This document shows, piece after piece, positions 52,301-64,000 of a DNA stretch of 64,000 nt. The translations under genes were made by a program, and so were the position numbers. The notes beneath the pieces were generated by a model, which saw only the letters and a program-made list of their open reading frames with translations, was not told where the DNA came from and searched no databases. The stretch spans positions 8,308,001 to 8,372,000 of the forward strand of contig OZ116702.1 of NCBI GenBank assembly GCA_964199315.1, in the 5' to 3' direction. This DNA comes from Orbicella franksi (lineage: Eukaryota). Position 1 is the stretch's first letter. Each line of letters opens with the position of its first letter.

Positions 52301-55300
52301 GGTTGTCTTACCTTTTTAATTCTAGTGAACTGTACCTTTGATGAGAGTTACTGTGGATGGCGTAACTTGTTAACACCGTCCAATGAACAAATCAGCTGGA
52401 ACCGTGAGAGGCCTGGAAACCAAAGCCAAGGAATTGGACCGAGTCAGGATCACACTGGTAACCAAATCGTGGTCCAATGTAGGGGATCTTAGTTGGTTAT
52501 TGTCACGTTGTACACCTAACTTCTCTTTGCATTAGCGAAAGCTGTTCATGGGGTTAAAACAAGAAAGGGTTCTTTGTGAAAGAGAAAAAAAAAATTATGC
52601 ACAGTTAAACTGAAGTCGAGTGTTTGTTATTCAATCTGAAAAAAAAAACACAGATTTTTCAGGGTTTTCCACTCCTTGCCCTAACATCAGTCTTATTCTT
52701 TCGTCTTCAAACGAGGTGGAGAATATATTTACGTTGACGAATCACAATCTTCTCAAGTGAATGAGTCTGCGCAGCTGTTGAGTCCGCTCATCCGGGGACC
52801 AAAATGTCTCGGTTTCTATTACTACGTGTATGGAGGCGGGATTGGAAACCTTGATGTGTTTCTTTGGCCTCGAGAAGAACAAAACAATTACTTGATTTGG
52901 CGAGGGTCAGGTGAACATGGTGACGTCTGGCTGAGGGGTAGTGTCGATGTTGGATACACTGGCGAGTCTCAGGTAGGTAGGGAGAAATTTGTAAGGGCTC
53001 TGTGATGACACAGTCTGGATCTATTTTGCGTTGCAGGCATATTGAAAAAGTTATCAATTTGATAACTAGCCCGATTCACAGGAAAGTAATAATATTGAAA
53101 TTTTTCATGAGTAAGGATGGTTATGGGGATAATCCTGCAATGGACTAACATCCCAAATCACTGATAGCCAAGACGCCTTAATTAATAATTAGCACATCTC
53201 GCAGTTATTCTTTCATTTGAAAACAAATACAGCTATTAACGTTTTTGTTGTTGTTGTTGTTGTCTTTGCTTTTAAGTAAAAAAAAACAATGCATTATTAG
53301 ACCCAGGTAGTGGCGAGATAGACATGTTAGTATCATTAGTTAGGATACGGGATTGGCTCTGGGTGGTGACTAGCATTTTTTGGGGTAAAAAAAAGGCGAT
53401 GATAATTGAAAAAAGAACTTCTAAGTGTCGTTTACGAAAGAGAGACTTACTGGGTGAATAGTCAACGATGAGCTAGAGAATCAGTCAACAGACTAAATTG
53501 CAAAAGAGCAAGATGAAAATCTAGTTTATGACCGGCCGTTACGCCAAATTGGACACTGAACGAAATTGCTCCTGTCTTTATTATATTGCAGGTTTCCTTC
53601 CAGGCAACAATTGGTAGAAACTATTCAGGGGGTATAGCCGTAGATGGCGTCACATTAACTAATGGACTTTGTGAAGATGAAAGTGAACCTCAGAACAATC
53701 GACAAGGTATCAATCTTAATTCTAACTTTAATTTTGTTGGGGTGCGGTGGTTGATGATTAGCGTGCTCGCCTCTGGAACGAGTGGTCCTGGTTTGAGCTC
53801 CTGCCGAGGCGTAATGTTGTGTTCTAGGGCAGGCACAGGTGTATAAATGGGTGCTGGGGATAACCCTGCAATGGACTAACATCCCATCCAGGGGTAAGTT
53901 GAAATATACCTAGTCGCTTCATGCTACTGAAACGGGGGATAAGCCCTGGCCTGATCTGCCACTTGGGTCGTGCAAAGTCTTTACCTGGCTTTAATACATA
54001 AAGCAATATATTTTAGTCTCTTTAAAATGAGCACGTGTATGTTTAATGAGGAAACTGCAATTTCTGTGTCGATAAATTTTAAGATTTATGTGTCCTTTTT
54101 AATCAAGGAAATTGCAACTTTGACACCAACTTTTGCTTCTGGAGGAATGACTTATTGTCCAGTTTCACATGGACGCAGCTAAGCGATGATACTCCAAGTT
54201 GGGAGACTGGACCAACTGCCGATCATACATCAGGTAACATCAGATTAAACTGTCATGCATGAGACAAGCTTGTATAATAAGCAATTTCAGTGCTGTGTGT
54301 TTTGTAAATGCGTATGGCCTACTTCGTCCCCAGTTATTTTATCAATGTTTTGTTACTTTTTTCCGCGTGGCCTAGCCACTTAACACGAGTAACATTTGCT
54401 ATTTTTAAGTAACTGTGCTCTCTTGTAACTGCAAATATCAAACCTAGATCAATTTAATTTTCTTATACAGCTGTAAAACAAAGAGCACAAACTAGGATTT
54501 TTGATGTTTTGTCTAGTTCCGGATTACTTTGTTTCTTTCAAAATAACAGCTCTATTATTCCTTATACCACATCAACCTTTATTGTTTTCGGTCTTGTAAA
54601 GAAAAAGGAGAGCATAAGGACAGAAACTTAGGACATATGATCTTTGCCTCACGAAAATTGCCATTATGTCACCTAAATATACATTTTTTGTCAAATTAAG
54701 GAACCGGTGGGTACGTTTATATTGAAACCTCTAGTCCACGACTGCCGGGAGAGACTGCGAGACTTGCGAGTCCATGGATACGGGGACCACAGTGCATGAC
54801 GTTCTATTATCACATGTATGGCGCCACCATGGGCTGTGTTGTGATATATATAAAAAGCCAGGCTACAAACGGGTTAACACCAGTTTGGTTGAGGTCACAA
54901 GATCAAGGAAACAACTGGATACAAGGGCAAATAAGCATCAACGAGACTTCAAGCTATCAAGTGAGCTTTAAAATGTTTGCTTAGAGCATTTGAACATAGC
55001 AAAATAAGAAAAATCAGGCAACATGTCATGCCCTAAGTTCCACGTCAACAACCATTGAACATTCGCTGTTATTATAATTCACAAAGTATAGCGTCCTCGG
55101 TTCGCCTAGTGAGGATATGTCTTGTGAAAGAGGTTGCTTTTCTTTTTCGTTCCTTTTCTAGATCATTGTCGACGGAATTAGAGGTAGAAGTTATCAGGGA
55201 GATGCAGCATTGGACGACGTTTCCTTTGAAAGAGGAACTTGTCAACAAAAAGGTACTAATGGTGTACATACATTTATTTCGTAGTATCGATTTCTCAGTT

Positions 55301-58300
55301 CAAATCTGACGTCCCAAGCCAAGTTGTCAAAGACAAAGTTGTGAAATTTCATTATGTGTTGACTTGCAACATTGTCAGTGTTGTTCTATGTCGTTATGGT
55401 TGTCTATATCAGCTGGTAAATGAAAACACTAACGCTTGCTATTAATCTAGATATACCAAGAAATCAGATTGTATAAAGTTCATCGGTGTATTTATTCATA
55501 CTTGGATTTTTCATTCGCAGAAGAGACGATATTCTACGTGTCCTCTTACAAAGGCAAAGACTTCCGTATATCCACTCAACCCTCCAAACAGAGTCTCTAC
55601 TCCGAAGAATTCCGTTTCACTCTCGAGCATCCACGAGGAAATCCGAAGGAGACAATATTCTTTATCTACTCTGAAGCTTCCAGCGACCATAGTTTTGTCT
55701 CGTCAAAGTTGGATCCGTCTAACTATAACAAGTATCCATTAGATGTTGTTGTCCTAAATACCGAGACAGCGGGTCGCAATTCCAGGAGAGTTTATCTGAT
55801 TGACAGGAGTAATTATGGGCCAATGATTAGCCTCGATGATCACGGAAATGTATCTTGTTGCAAGGGAAAACAAAACTTCTATTTTTATGCTCACAATGTC
55901 ACTGCTTTAGGTACGAAAACACGTTTCTGTGTATTTTAACCTGGCTCTGAAACGATTTTTGTTATTTTTTGCTAGATTATCTTATAACTTTTACGAGTAT
56001 CGAAATAATAGTTCGCCTTAAAGAAGGGTCGATGGATAGTTAAAAGGGGCAGTGTTACCATTTTTAGCATGATTTTGGAAATCTCAAAAACATATCGGTC
56101 TTTAGAAGCTGAACAATAATGGATTTATTTTGTAGAGCAGTACTAGACAAAAGAATAGAACCCATTAGGAAGTGAGGATAGCTAACGATGGCGAGGATGG
56201 AAACGGATTGTGATTTGGATTTTTTAAAAGAACGTCAAGATGTCAGTTTTTCAAAGGTTTAAGTTTGGCTCGTAAGACGTTGAAATTTTGCAAAAGTAAT
56301 GCTGCAGTGTAGACTTTCTTCAAGAAATTACTTTTTAATCATTTAGTTAGAGCTAATTAAGTTCTTATTACATAAATTTAGCGACCATTTCGTGAGTTTA
56401 TAACAGCTTTAAGTAAATATATCGCGACAGTGTCCCTTTAAGAGTGGTTAAGATAGCGGTGGATTACCAAAAACAAGACGAGACAATACTTTTATTTTGC
56501 CAAGAATTAAAACCAAACACTTCAAAACTAACTTACCAAAATCAATACGGACTATAAGCGTTTTCTCTTCGCGTCAGTTTCGTGTTTCAGCAGTTAAGTT
56601 AAGCTCACTTCGTAGACAGCCAACTACCGAATAAGTTAATAAAAAAGGGCGCGTTATGTCGTCTTCGTCTTGTTATACGAAGTCAGTCCATCGATAGTGA
56701 TAGAGGGTCTTTCTTTATTGTTTTGCAGATCATCGAGCAATTTCCGGATGTGAGCCCAGTTGGTACAAAGCCGGCAAATCGTGTTATTTGTGGTCTTTGC
56801 CATCAGCTGTGCAGTGGAGCAACGCGCGAGCCACCTGTCACCGATTGGATGCCGACCTTGCTGTCGTCGGTGATGGGGACTCCTTGCAAGCCCTAGCCAA
56901 GCTGCGTAGAGAAATCAAGCTCGAGGACGAAGACTTGTTTGTTGGTTTATCAGGCAACAAGTTACGCTGGCTCTGGTTAGACGGGGAAAATGTCTCCAAT
57001 ACAGATGATCTGTGGGGTCCGTACGAACCGAGTGGAGACGGCAGATGTGGGTCTTTCTTGAAAGCCAGATCGAATTCAAACTGGGATGGGTATGGATGGC
57101 GATGGAATGATCTACCATGTGTCACTAACATTGGATACATCTGTGAACAACCTTTAGGTATGCACGTGACACATTCGTCGGAAAGCCAGTTTCTCATTGT
57201 CATTTATGCTGGATTGAAACTGAATAGTCCATTTTCATTATTTCAAAATAACAATGTTTTCATTTACAGTGAAACTGTAATTGTACATTTTAAGAATATT
57301 TTGTTTCTAACAGAATTACCTACATTTGTTTCACATGTGTATGTAAAGAGTATTCATGTAAGTAGAACAATTAAACTTTATTGACAGGGTTGTTGACCGG
57401 CTTATTGGAATGCATGTCTTAATTTGTTCGCAGAAAAATGTATTGCTCGAGGTGGAAGGTTTTGGTTAAATTCGTCAAACATCCCTGTCATTTATTCTGA
57501 ATTGAATTATTTTATTTTATTTTATTTTATTTTGTAAACTGCGTGAGTAGTGTTTCTGACAATTCAAATTTTGATTAAATCTCAGTTCTTTTCTAATGTA
57601 CGTTGTTTCTCTTCCAAGCTGTTCCTCTCCCTGTGGCTTTCTTTTCACTGAGTGGAACCAATGGAACTGTGGACAGGAGTCCAAATGGAACCACTATGGC
57701 AGTGTCTGGTCACATCAAATTCGCACAAGGCCCTTATGGAAATCCAGATGGTTCTTTCTTCTTTAGCGGCATTAATAGCAGCTACGTGGAACTGAAAAAT
57801 ACCGGAGAACTAGATGCTAGGTTTTCGATGAGTGTGTTCGCATGGGTCCATCTTAACAACAGCGATGGCCCGATCTTCAAGTATGGTTGTTCGATGTGGG
57901 TTTTTAAGGCAACCCTGGGAGTTGAAGTGCAATTTGTGGACAGGAAAACCTCCAAGGTTTATCGGCTTCATAAGGAGAACGTCCTCGTAGAAAACAAATG
58001 GAATTTCATTGGAACCACATACGACTACCACACGGGTATTGCAACTGTGTGGGTCAACAACGACACTGTCATGCTTAAATCCATCGGAACAAAGATGGAA
58101 CTGGCAACTCAGTCTGATGTTAGAGTTGGAGCCTCGAGCAACCAAGAAAAGCATTTTCGCGGCAGACTCTCGTGCTTGCAATTCTATGATCAGGCGCTTT
58201 TGGTGGACCAAATCATTGAAGCTAAAGCAAGGTGTAATCAGAGCAGTAAGTACATTGAACAACTATATTGATGACAGCCACGACTGTTTTATAAATTGTT

Positions 58301-61300
58301 CAGTCAATCCCTCTAATATTCTTTTGTAATTCAACGGTGATTTATTAATAGAGGACTTCAATGGAAGGTAGACATAATCTCTCAATTGCACTTTCATTCA
58401 AAATTGGACGGAAAACCCTGAGCAGAAAACATACCACCAAAATGATTAGAAGGACTGTGAAGTAGAGAAGTGAAAATTACTCTCACTGAACACCATTCAG
58501 TTTTGTTAAATACTAGTTGCGAAGTTCTGTTGTTATTAATCAAGACGATAATTATCTGTCATGCTGATAAATATGTACTCTTGTCACATTTCTGCTTGTT
58601 TCTACTTGTTTTACGCAGCGCCTTTGGCGTGCAGTCCCAACTTTTTCCCTTTCCATGGCGGTTGCTTCCTCGTAAATAACAAAAATTCACTAAACTGGCA
58701 GCAAGCTTTGGCACAGTGTAAGAGTGAAGGAGGGACCTTGGCCAAGATACCTCGAGAAGGTTTGAGATATGCATTCTCTAACATGTTAGAAGGAATGACA
58801 CCAAGACCTAGCACTTTTCACTTTGGTCTGATGTCTCGGAATTTTTGGGTGTGGATAGATGGCAGCCTGTTCAATGACTCTCTGTGGATGCAGGGATATC
58901 CTACCCGCAACGATCCAACCCATAGCTGTGCTGTTCTGTCGTTTGGATCATCGAAGCTGAAAAACGTTGACTGTAGATTAATGTTGAAACCTTTGTGCCA
59001 GAAGCCACCTGGTAAGTTGCATGGTCTATCTTTGTAAATCAATAAGCCATTTTCAACTAAGGCAATTTATCTCCAACTCATACTATAGAGCGTTTAACTC
59101 GATCGTATGTTCATTTAAAAGTAGAACATTATGTTGTCCCAAGTAAGAAAGGCACCAAGCTTTAACGATAACCCAGAAATGACCTGTCGATTTCTTTTTC
59201 TAATCTTGTGACATTTTTCACTTGGTTTCATAATCGGGAAATAATTAAGGTTCGTGACAACTGTTAATAATAGACTACAATGACTTACAACAATAACGAT
59301 ATGGAGTAGAGAGAGTAGTATTTATCATGACTTACTTACAGTGCTTACTTAGGCGAGTGAGGTTTCGGTGGGGGTGCTATTCGCTACGGCTGTCTCTAAT
59401 CCTCTGATAACCAAAAACTGGGTACAGCAAACAAACAAACAAACAAACAAACATATGGAACAAGCAAACAGGTGAAACAAACAAACAGATGAAACACACA
59501 AACAAACAAACAAACAAACAGATGACACCAGACCAACACTGCAGACTATTACTAGTAAGTAGTACAGTTGCCTGACCAGTTACATGGTTATGCCTCAATC
59601 TATGATTGATTTGTTAGATTATATTTATTTTTGTTTCACGTTCTTTCATGCAGTAAGTTCATTATCACAGGATAGTTCAACACAAAGTTCAAGTGTTCAG
59701 TCACCTTTTGATCCCTTCCTGGCCATTGATAGATCTTACACGACTTGCTTTCGTTCAAAGAAGGTAAGAAATAGTAAAAGTGTTAAAATACCCCTGAAAC
59801 GAAACGAAAACAAGGAGGGGAGGAGAAGGAGGAGGAGGAGGGCTGGAACCCTTACTTTCTCATGACAGTCGCCTCAAACATAACATTCGCGTGTCAGATA
59901 TGAACACAAGTGGTTGGATTATTGCATGGGATGATGGTGGAGGCGTGTCAACGTTTCTTTCCACACGTTATGGTTTTCTTCCCCTTTGTTACTGTGCAAT
60001 TTCTCTGTGGCAATAAATATACGTAATTTCTCTTATTCCAGCGAAGATTTATAAGGGTGGTACGGTCTGTCCTTCCGTTTGCCGTGTATCGATATTTACA
60101 TGAAAAGGTTCATTGATCAGTACACCTTTGTTACATATGGTTGTCAATTAAAAATTATTTTGTATGAATTTAAATTAGTAACGATTGTTTTAAAATCAAC
60201 TCAAAAACGAGGTAAGTCGTGATTATTTTAATCTTTTCAATTAAAATTGCAAGCCATGCATGAAAAGGGTCTATATGCTGCTCCAGAAAGTCAATCAAAT
60301 CTTTCGTTTGGTCTGTGAGCATTGACTCTAATTTCATTTGTTTTCTTAATAGTGGTTTATTGAGTTATTAACATTTGTAACATTTAACGTCTTTTTTTTG
60401 TTTTGTTTTTTTTGTTTTTTTTTTTTTTTCTCATCAAGGAGTGGAACCCTTGGTGGCAAGTCACCCTTGAAAAAACGCTCTATGTTGAATCTGTTGAAAT
60501 CACCGATAACATCGATTGTTGTCCACGTGACAATGGCATGATCAACGTCATTGTATCTACCAGTCCAGCCGGTTTAGATCCAACGTGTGCAGAATCGATG
60601 GAATATGGCGGGAATACGCAGGACTATAAATTTTTCTGTTCTCCTCCAGCGCGCGGCCGCTACGTTACAGTGACGCTTACTGGGGATAATGTCACGCTAG
60701 TTCTCTGCCAAGTCGTCGTGAAAACAATTGGTAAGTTACACGAGCTACCTCGCTCGTAATTGATACACTGCCAGCAATCCCTCCAATTAAAACTGCGTAG
60801 ACACTATGAATACCCTTTGATAATTCTTAGGCTGGCTAGGGGGGTGAAGGAGCGGTGGCGAGCCATGAAGTCCTTCACGATCCCCCGTTTCCTTTTTCTT
60901 ATTACTCACCGACCTTTGAGGCGACAAAGCCTACTTTCAAGTCTGCCTGATGTTATTTCACAAGCTTTATCAAATGATTAAAAAGTAGTCCTTACCCAAA
61001 AGATGTTTTACATTTTGTCTGTTGTAGAGTTTTCTGGACAGGCTCGCGGCGTGTTGCGTGAAGCGTGGTATAAACTCAATGATTTTGAGCCGAACAGAGC
61101 TACTATGCGCGAACATTCCGTTTTCAAGACTCCAACTGAAGGCCAGATCATTTTGCAGGATTTCGATGCACCGGTAGACGTGGCCGAAAGATACGTTCAA
61201 CGATTAACAAGTTACCTACAGGTAAACCCTCATTTGTATCTTTACAATAACTGTGTAATTTCTCTCGCGCTGATTGGCTCATTTTTATCATCGATAAGAG

Positions 61301-62482
61301 TACAGACAGATAAAATTTTAATTTATGCAAGCTTTTAAGTTCAACTTCTAGCTGTCAAACTGTCAATGAGATTTTATGGGCTTTTTTGAGTAGCCAATCA
61401 AAAAGCGAGAAAAGCTATTAACATTCGCGTTATTTTGAATAAAATTCAGTTATCTTTGTTTACGGCAAGTTTACGGCGTCTTTTCCCTTCATTTATTCCC
61501 GGCATTTAACCATTTTGGGGTCTTGTTATTGTAAAAAACAAATTGACGTCAGTTTTTATGCGTCTGTCCTGTTATTGATGACAAATTTCGTCATAAAATT
61601 GTCAAAGTTTATTGCGGAACCACTCGCCTGCGGCTTGTGGTTCGACAGCCACTTTGACAATGTTATGACGCAATTTATCATCAGTAAGAGGACAAACGCA
61701 TAAAAAACTGACGTCAATTTGTTAAATGTTATCACACCCGGGACAAAATTGTTCAATGCTGATAGGCTTAGACAGAGGGCATTTTTTCTTAATCACGAGG
61801 GTACTTTTGGTGATCAAGAAGGTATGATTACTTGATGCTGATTGGCTGAGCACGCCTGCGTTAAGTCGGTTTCCCGTTTCAAACGGAATTTCAGAAACGC
61901 ATTGCCTCTGAGTTTGATTTAATCGCGGTTATTTCATCTTAACGTGAAAGAAAATCGACATTATAAATTTCTTCGTTCTACTTCGGGTCGCCTTATTAGT
62001 ATGACAGGTCACCTTATCGGCGTCAAACGAAACGGCGTAAATTTTGTTGGTACGTTAAGTTTTCGCGGTGGAAAGGAGAGTTTGGATTCAAGAAGTTATT
62101 AGAGTTCGTTTGGACACTTGTTTACGTCTTTCATCGATCGATGAAGTAGTTTCACGCCATTGCAAGCTTCGCAAAACAAGTGAATAAAATTAGATTGCTT
62201 AAAGTTTTCTTTGTAAAGAAATTGCTTTCAGTGACTCGAACTTGCTGTGTTTTGTTTACTATTATAGTAAGCTTTCCCCGTTCTTCTGCTAGCCTGTTCT
62301 TTTGTGACAACCGGCAAACCTGTTTACGCGACGGCGAGACCTTGAAAGTTTCCTATTGTACAGAATTTTGTCCTTTATGTGATCAACAAGTAATCGCAAG
62401 TGCCCTCGGGCAATTCAGGATTAATTTCACTCGTACTTTCAAAGTTTTCTAAATTGCCCTCGTCGCCTCGCGATTTCGGGCG

Positions 62483-62516
<34 letters not shown>

Positions 62517-62831
62517 AATCCTTTATTGCCTTCGGGCCAATGCGATTCCATATACTAATCGCTTCATCAATCGATGAAAGACGTAAACAAGTGTCCATAC
62601 GAGCTATAATAACTTCTTTAACTGAATCCAAAACTCTCCTTTCCACTGGGAAAACTTAACTTATACATTTTTGGATGGAAAAATCCTTTTGCTTTTCCAC
62701 CAAAAGACGGCGCTTTGCTGCATGTCAATTTCCTCTCACGTTAAGATGAAATAACCGCGTTTAGGTCAAACTAAGTAGAGATGCGTTTCTGAAATTCCTT
62801 TTTTCAAAATCCGTTTCAGGCAATCATCAAG

Positions 62832-62868
<37 letters not shown>

Positions 62869-63798
62869 TTTAAGAAAAAAATGCCCTCTGTCTCAGCCAA
62901 TCAGCATTTAGTAATTTTACCCCGTTTGTGATAAACCGTGAAAACATGTTCGTAGAGGTGAAGTTAATAAGAAGTGTTGTCTTTGTATATCACTCGGACT
63001 GCTGGGTATGCCTTAATCTTTTAATTGGTAGTTAAGATGGCTACTGCTACTATACTAGCAACTGAAGTAATTGGTAAAGAAAGTATAACATTTTAGTACG
63101 GTTTGCCTTAAAAATGGCTCGTTCTTGCCCAAAGAAGAGTTGTGAAAATGGCGTCTACGGAGTGCCTCTGCAACTACAATTTGGTTGTGCACTTTCAACA
63201 ATAAATTCACATGTTTTCTTCCTTTTTAATAATTGTGAAGCGTGTATAATTTTATAGGTCCCTGATAGTGGCAATTACACATTTTTCGTGTCATGCGATG
63301 ATCGGTGTGAGTTGTGGAAGTACGATGTAGATGAGCATGGCATTGAAAAGCCGAACAAGAAGGCTGAGGAGAGCTTAACCAAGCAACCAATCAGTACAGT
63401 TTATCAAGCGACTGGATATCTCGAGTGGAACAAGTGAGCGACACACCGACGTGACCTTGAAAAGAATTTTGTTGTTGTTGGTGATGTTTTTTTTTTTTTG
63501 TTTTTTTGTTTTTTTTTTACTCGACTTTTTTTACTACGTCAGTTATCCTTCATGTTTATTGCTACCTCTTACTCTTTCGGGGTTTCTAATCCTCATATTA
63601 ATTTTGTCTCCAATTTTTGAAGGTATCCAGACGACCAAATGTCGGAACCAATTTTTCTCGACAAATGTCGCATTTATCAAATGGAAGTTTTTATGCGCGA
63701 AGATGGGGCCCGAGACCACGCATCTGTGGGTATGCGCAAACCAAGTGGAGAGTATGAGCGGCCTATTCCTGGATCAAGACTGTTTTGGACTAAACCAG
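46327..63798 (+). CDS. Large secreted/receptor protein: signal peptide, 3 MAM, unknown domain, C-type lectin, LamG/ConA-like, C-type lectin, F-type lectin/F5-8C, PA14; continues beyond the window
   Basis: Exons with GT-AG sites: 46327-46414 (MMIFRQETFILLLTFEFFAIQSGFS), 50189-50317, 50579-50835, 51571-51694, 52326-52457, 52716-52972, 53592-53706, 54108-54233, 54701-54960, 55162-55251, 55521-55910, 56729-57157, 57619-58245, 58619-59011, 59654-59763, 60439-60730, 61028-61221, 63258-63433, 63623-63798. Motifs CxFD..CxW..GP..DH, IAVDD, WND, PWWQVTL, SCDDRCELW. Confidence 0.85.
46990..48440 (+). mobile_element. Crypton-like (tyrosine recombinase, DUF3504-type) remnant in the first coding intron
   Basis: KRFAELSEQELSQLVEK..KTKKTSNWSVSTF (~47290-47400) and LKRSGNENVTHKPAIKEEHLKQL..SPLSLLRSVRFHIV..CRR (~47890-48060). 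Internally deleted and frameshifted. Confidence 0.68.
48439..48610. repeat. Short hairpin/MITE-like repeat
   Basis: TGCAACTATCGAGCTATGGATGCAC pairs with GTGCATCCATAACTCGATAGTTGCA. Confidence 0.7.
48751..49549. mobile_element. Longer MITE of the AGGGAG(C/T)TTAAG family
   Basis: Left AGGGAGTTTAAG; right CGTCGCCGTCGTGGTTACTTAAACCT. Internally similar to 3865-4237. Confidence 0.6.
52066..52203. repeat. Intronic hairpin repeat
   Basis: CTCGATATTGGACTGGAACTAGCTTG pairs with TAAGCTAGCTCCAGTCCAATACCGAG. Confidence 0.6.
53739..53986 (+). mobile_element. tRNA-derived SINE (intronic), internally deleted; small fragment also at ~53120-53155
   Basis: A/B-box-like head GGTGCGGTGGTTGATGATTAGCGTG..GGTTTGAGCTCC, core CAGGTGTATAAATGGGT, tail GTCGCTTCATGCTA..ACTTTACCT-like. 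Confidence 0.7.
59427..59522. repeat. (AAAC)n imperfect microsatellite
   Basis: Visible AAAC runs. Confidence 0.85.
61729..62934. mobile_element. Intronic foldback element with ~380-420-bp diverged inverted arms and a palindromic repeat in the loop
   Basis: TTATCAC..GAGGGCATTTTTTCTTAA..GAATTTCAGAAACGCAT..CGTCTTTCATCGAT (61729-62150) is mirrored at 62557-62934. The loop contains GGATTAATTTCACTCG..CGTGAAATTAATCC. Confidence 0.75.
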
Positions 63799-64000
63799 GT
63801 GACTTTGCCGTGTGGTCTATTTTACAACAGAGCATCGCATCTGTCATTGTGAAGAGCTAGATAAGAAAACCCTTGGCTGTCATGAATTTTAATTGTTAGT
63901 ATTCTTTTTGAAGATAATCTGAAGCAAGAAAAGGATAGAGGAGGCAACTGAGTTTTCGACATAGAGATGTATAAATTGGAAAAGTTTTTCTCGATACAGT

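Noticed and set aside
63451-63852. Hydrophobic 133-aa ORF as a membrane protein
   Set aside because: It arises from a T-rich intron read into an exon in the wrong frame.

Overview
Eukaryotic, AT-rich, intron-containing DNA. The repeat families and domain architectures are most consistent with a cnidarian (stony-coral-like) genome; this is inference. The first ~50 kb is a dense, nested transposon landscape. It holds L1/Tx1 and RTE LINE remnants and an ISL2EU-type PIF/Harbinger transposon (THAP-DDE plus YqaJ) carrying two nested insertions. A BEL/Pao LTR retrotransposon (~26.9-44.0 kb) is split by three insertions with clean target-site duplications (TSDs). There are also a Crypton-like remnant, tRNA-derived SINEs and many MITE/hairpin repeats. 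Two host-like genes are present: a small secreted three-repeat Cys-rich protein (minus strand, 4731-5395, one frameshift) and a large spliced secreted/receptor gene from 46327 (signal peptide-MAMx3-unknown-CTLD-LamG-CTLD-FTP-PA14) that runs off the window. The most unusual element is a 6.4-kb DNA transposon (35641-42037) with 27-28-bp TIRs and a 9-bp TSD. It encodes a spliced Academ-clan-like transposase fused to a RING finger and a putative papain-like (herpes-tegument-type) cysteine protease, with a possible convergent orphan gene. Next is a 4.2-kb TTAA-flanked foldback element with ~1.39-kb inverted arms. No database searches were run; family names come from motif recognition.
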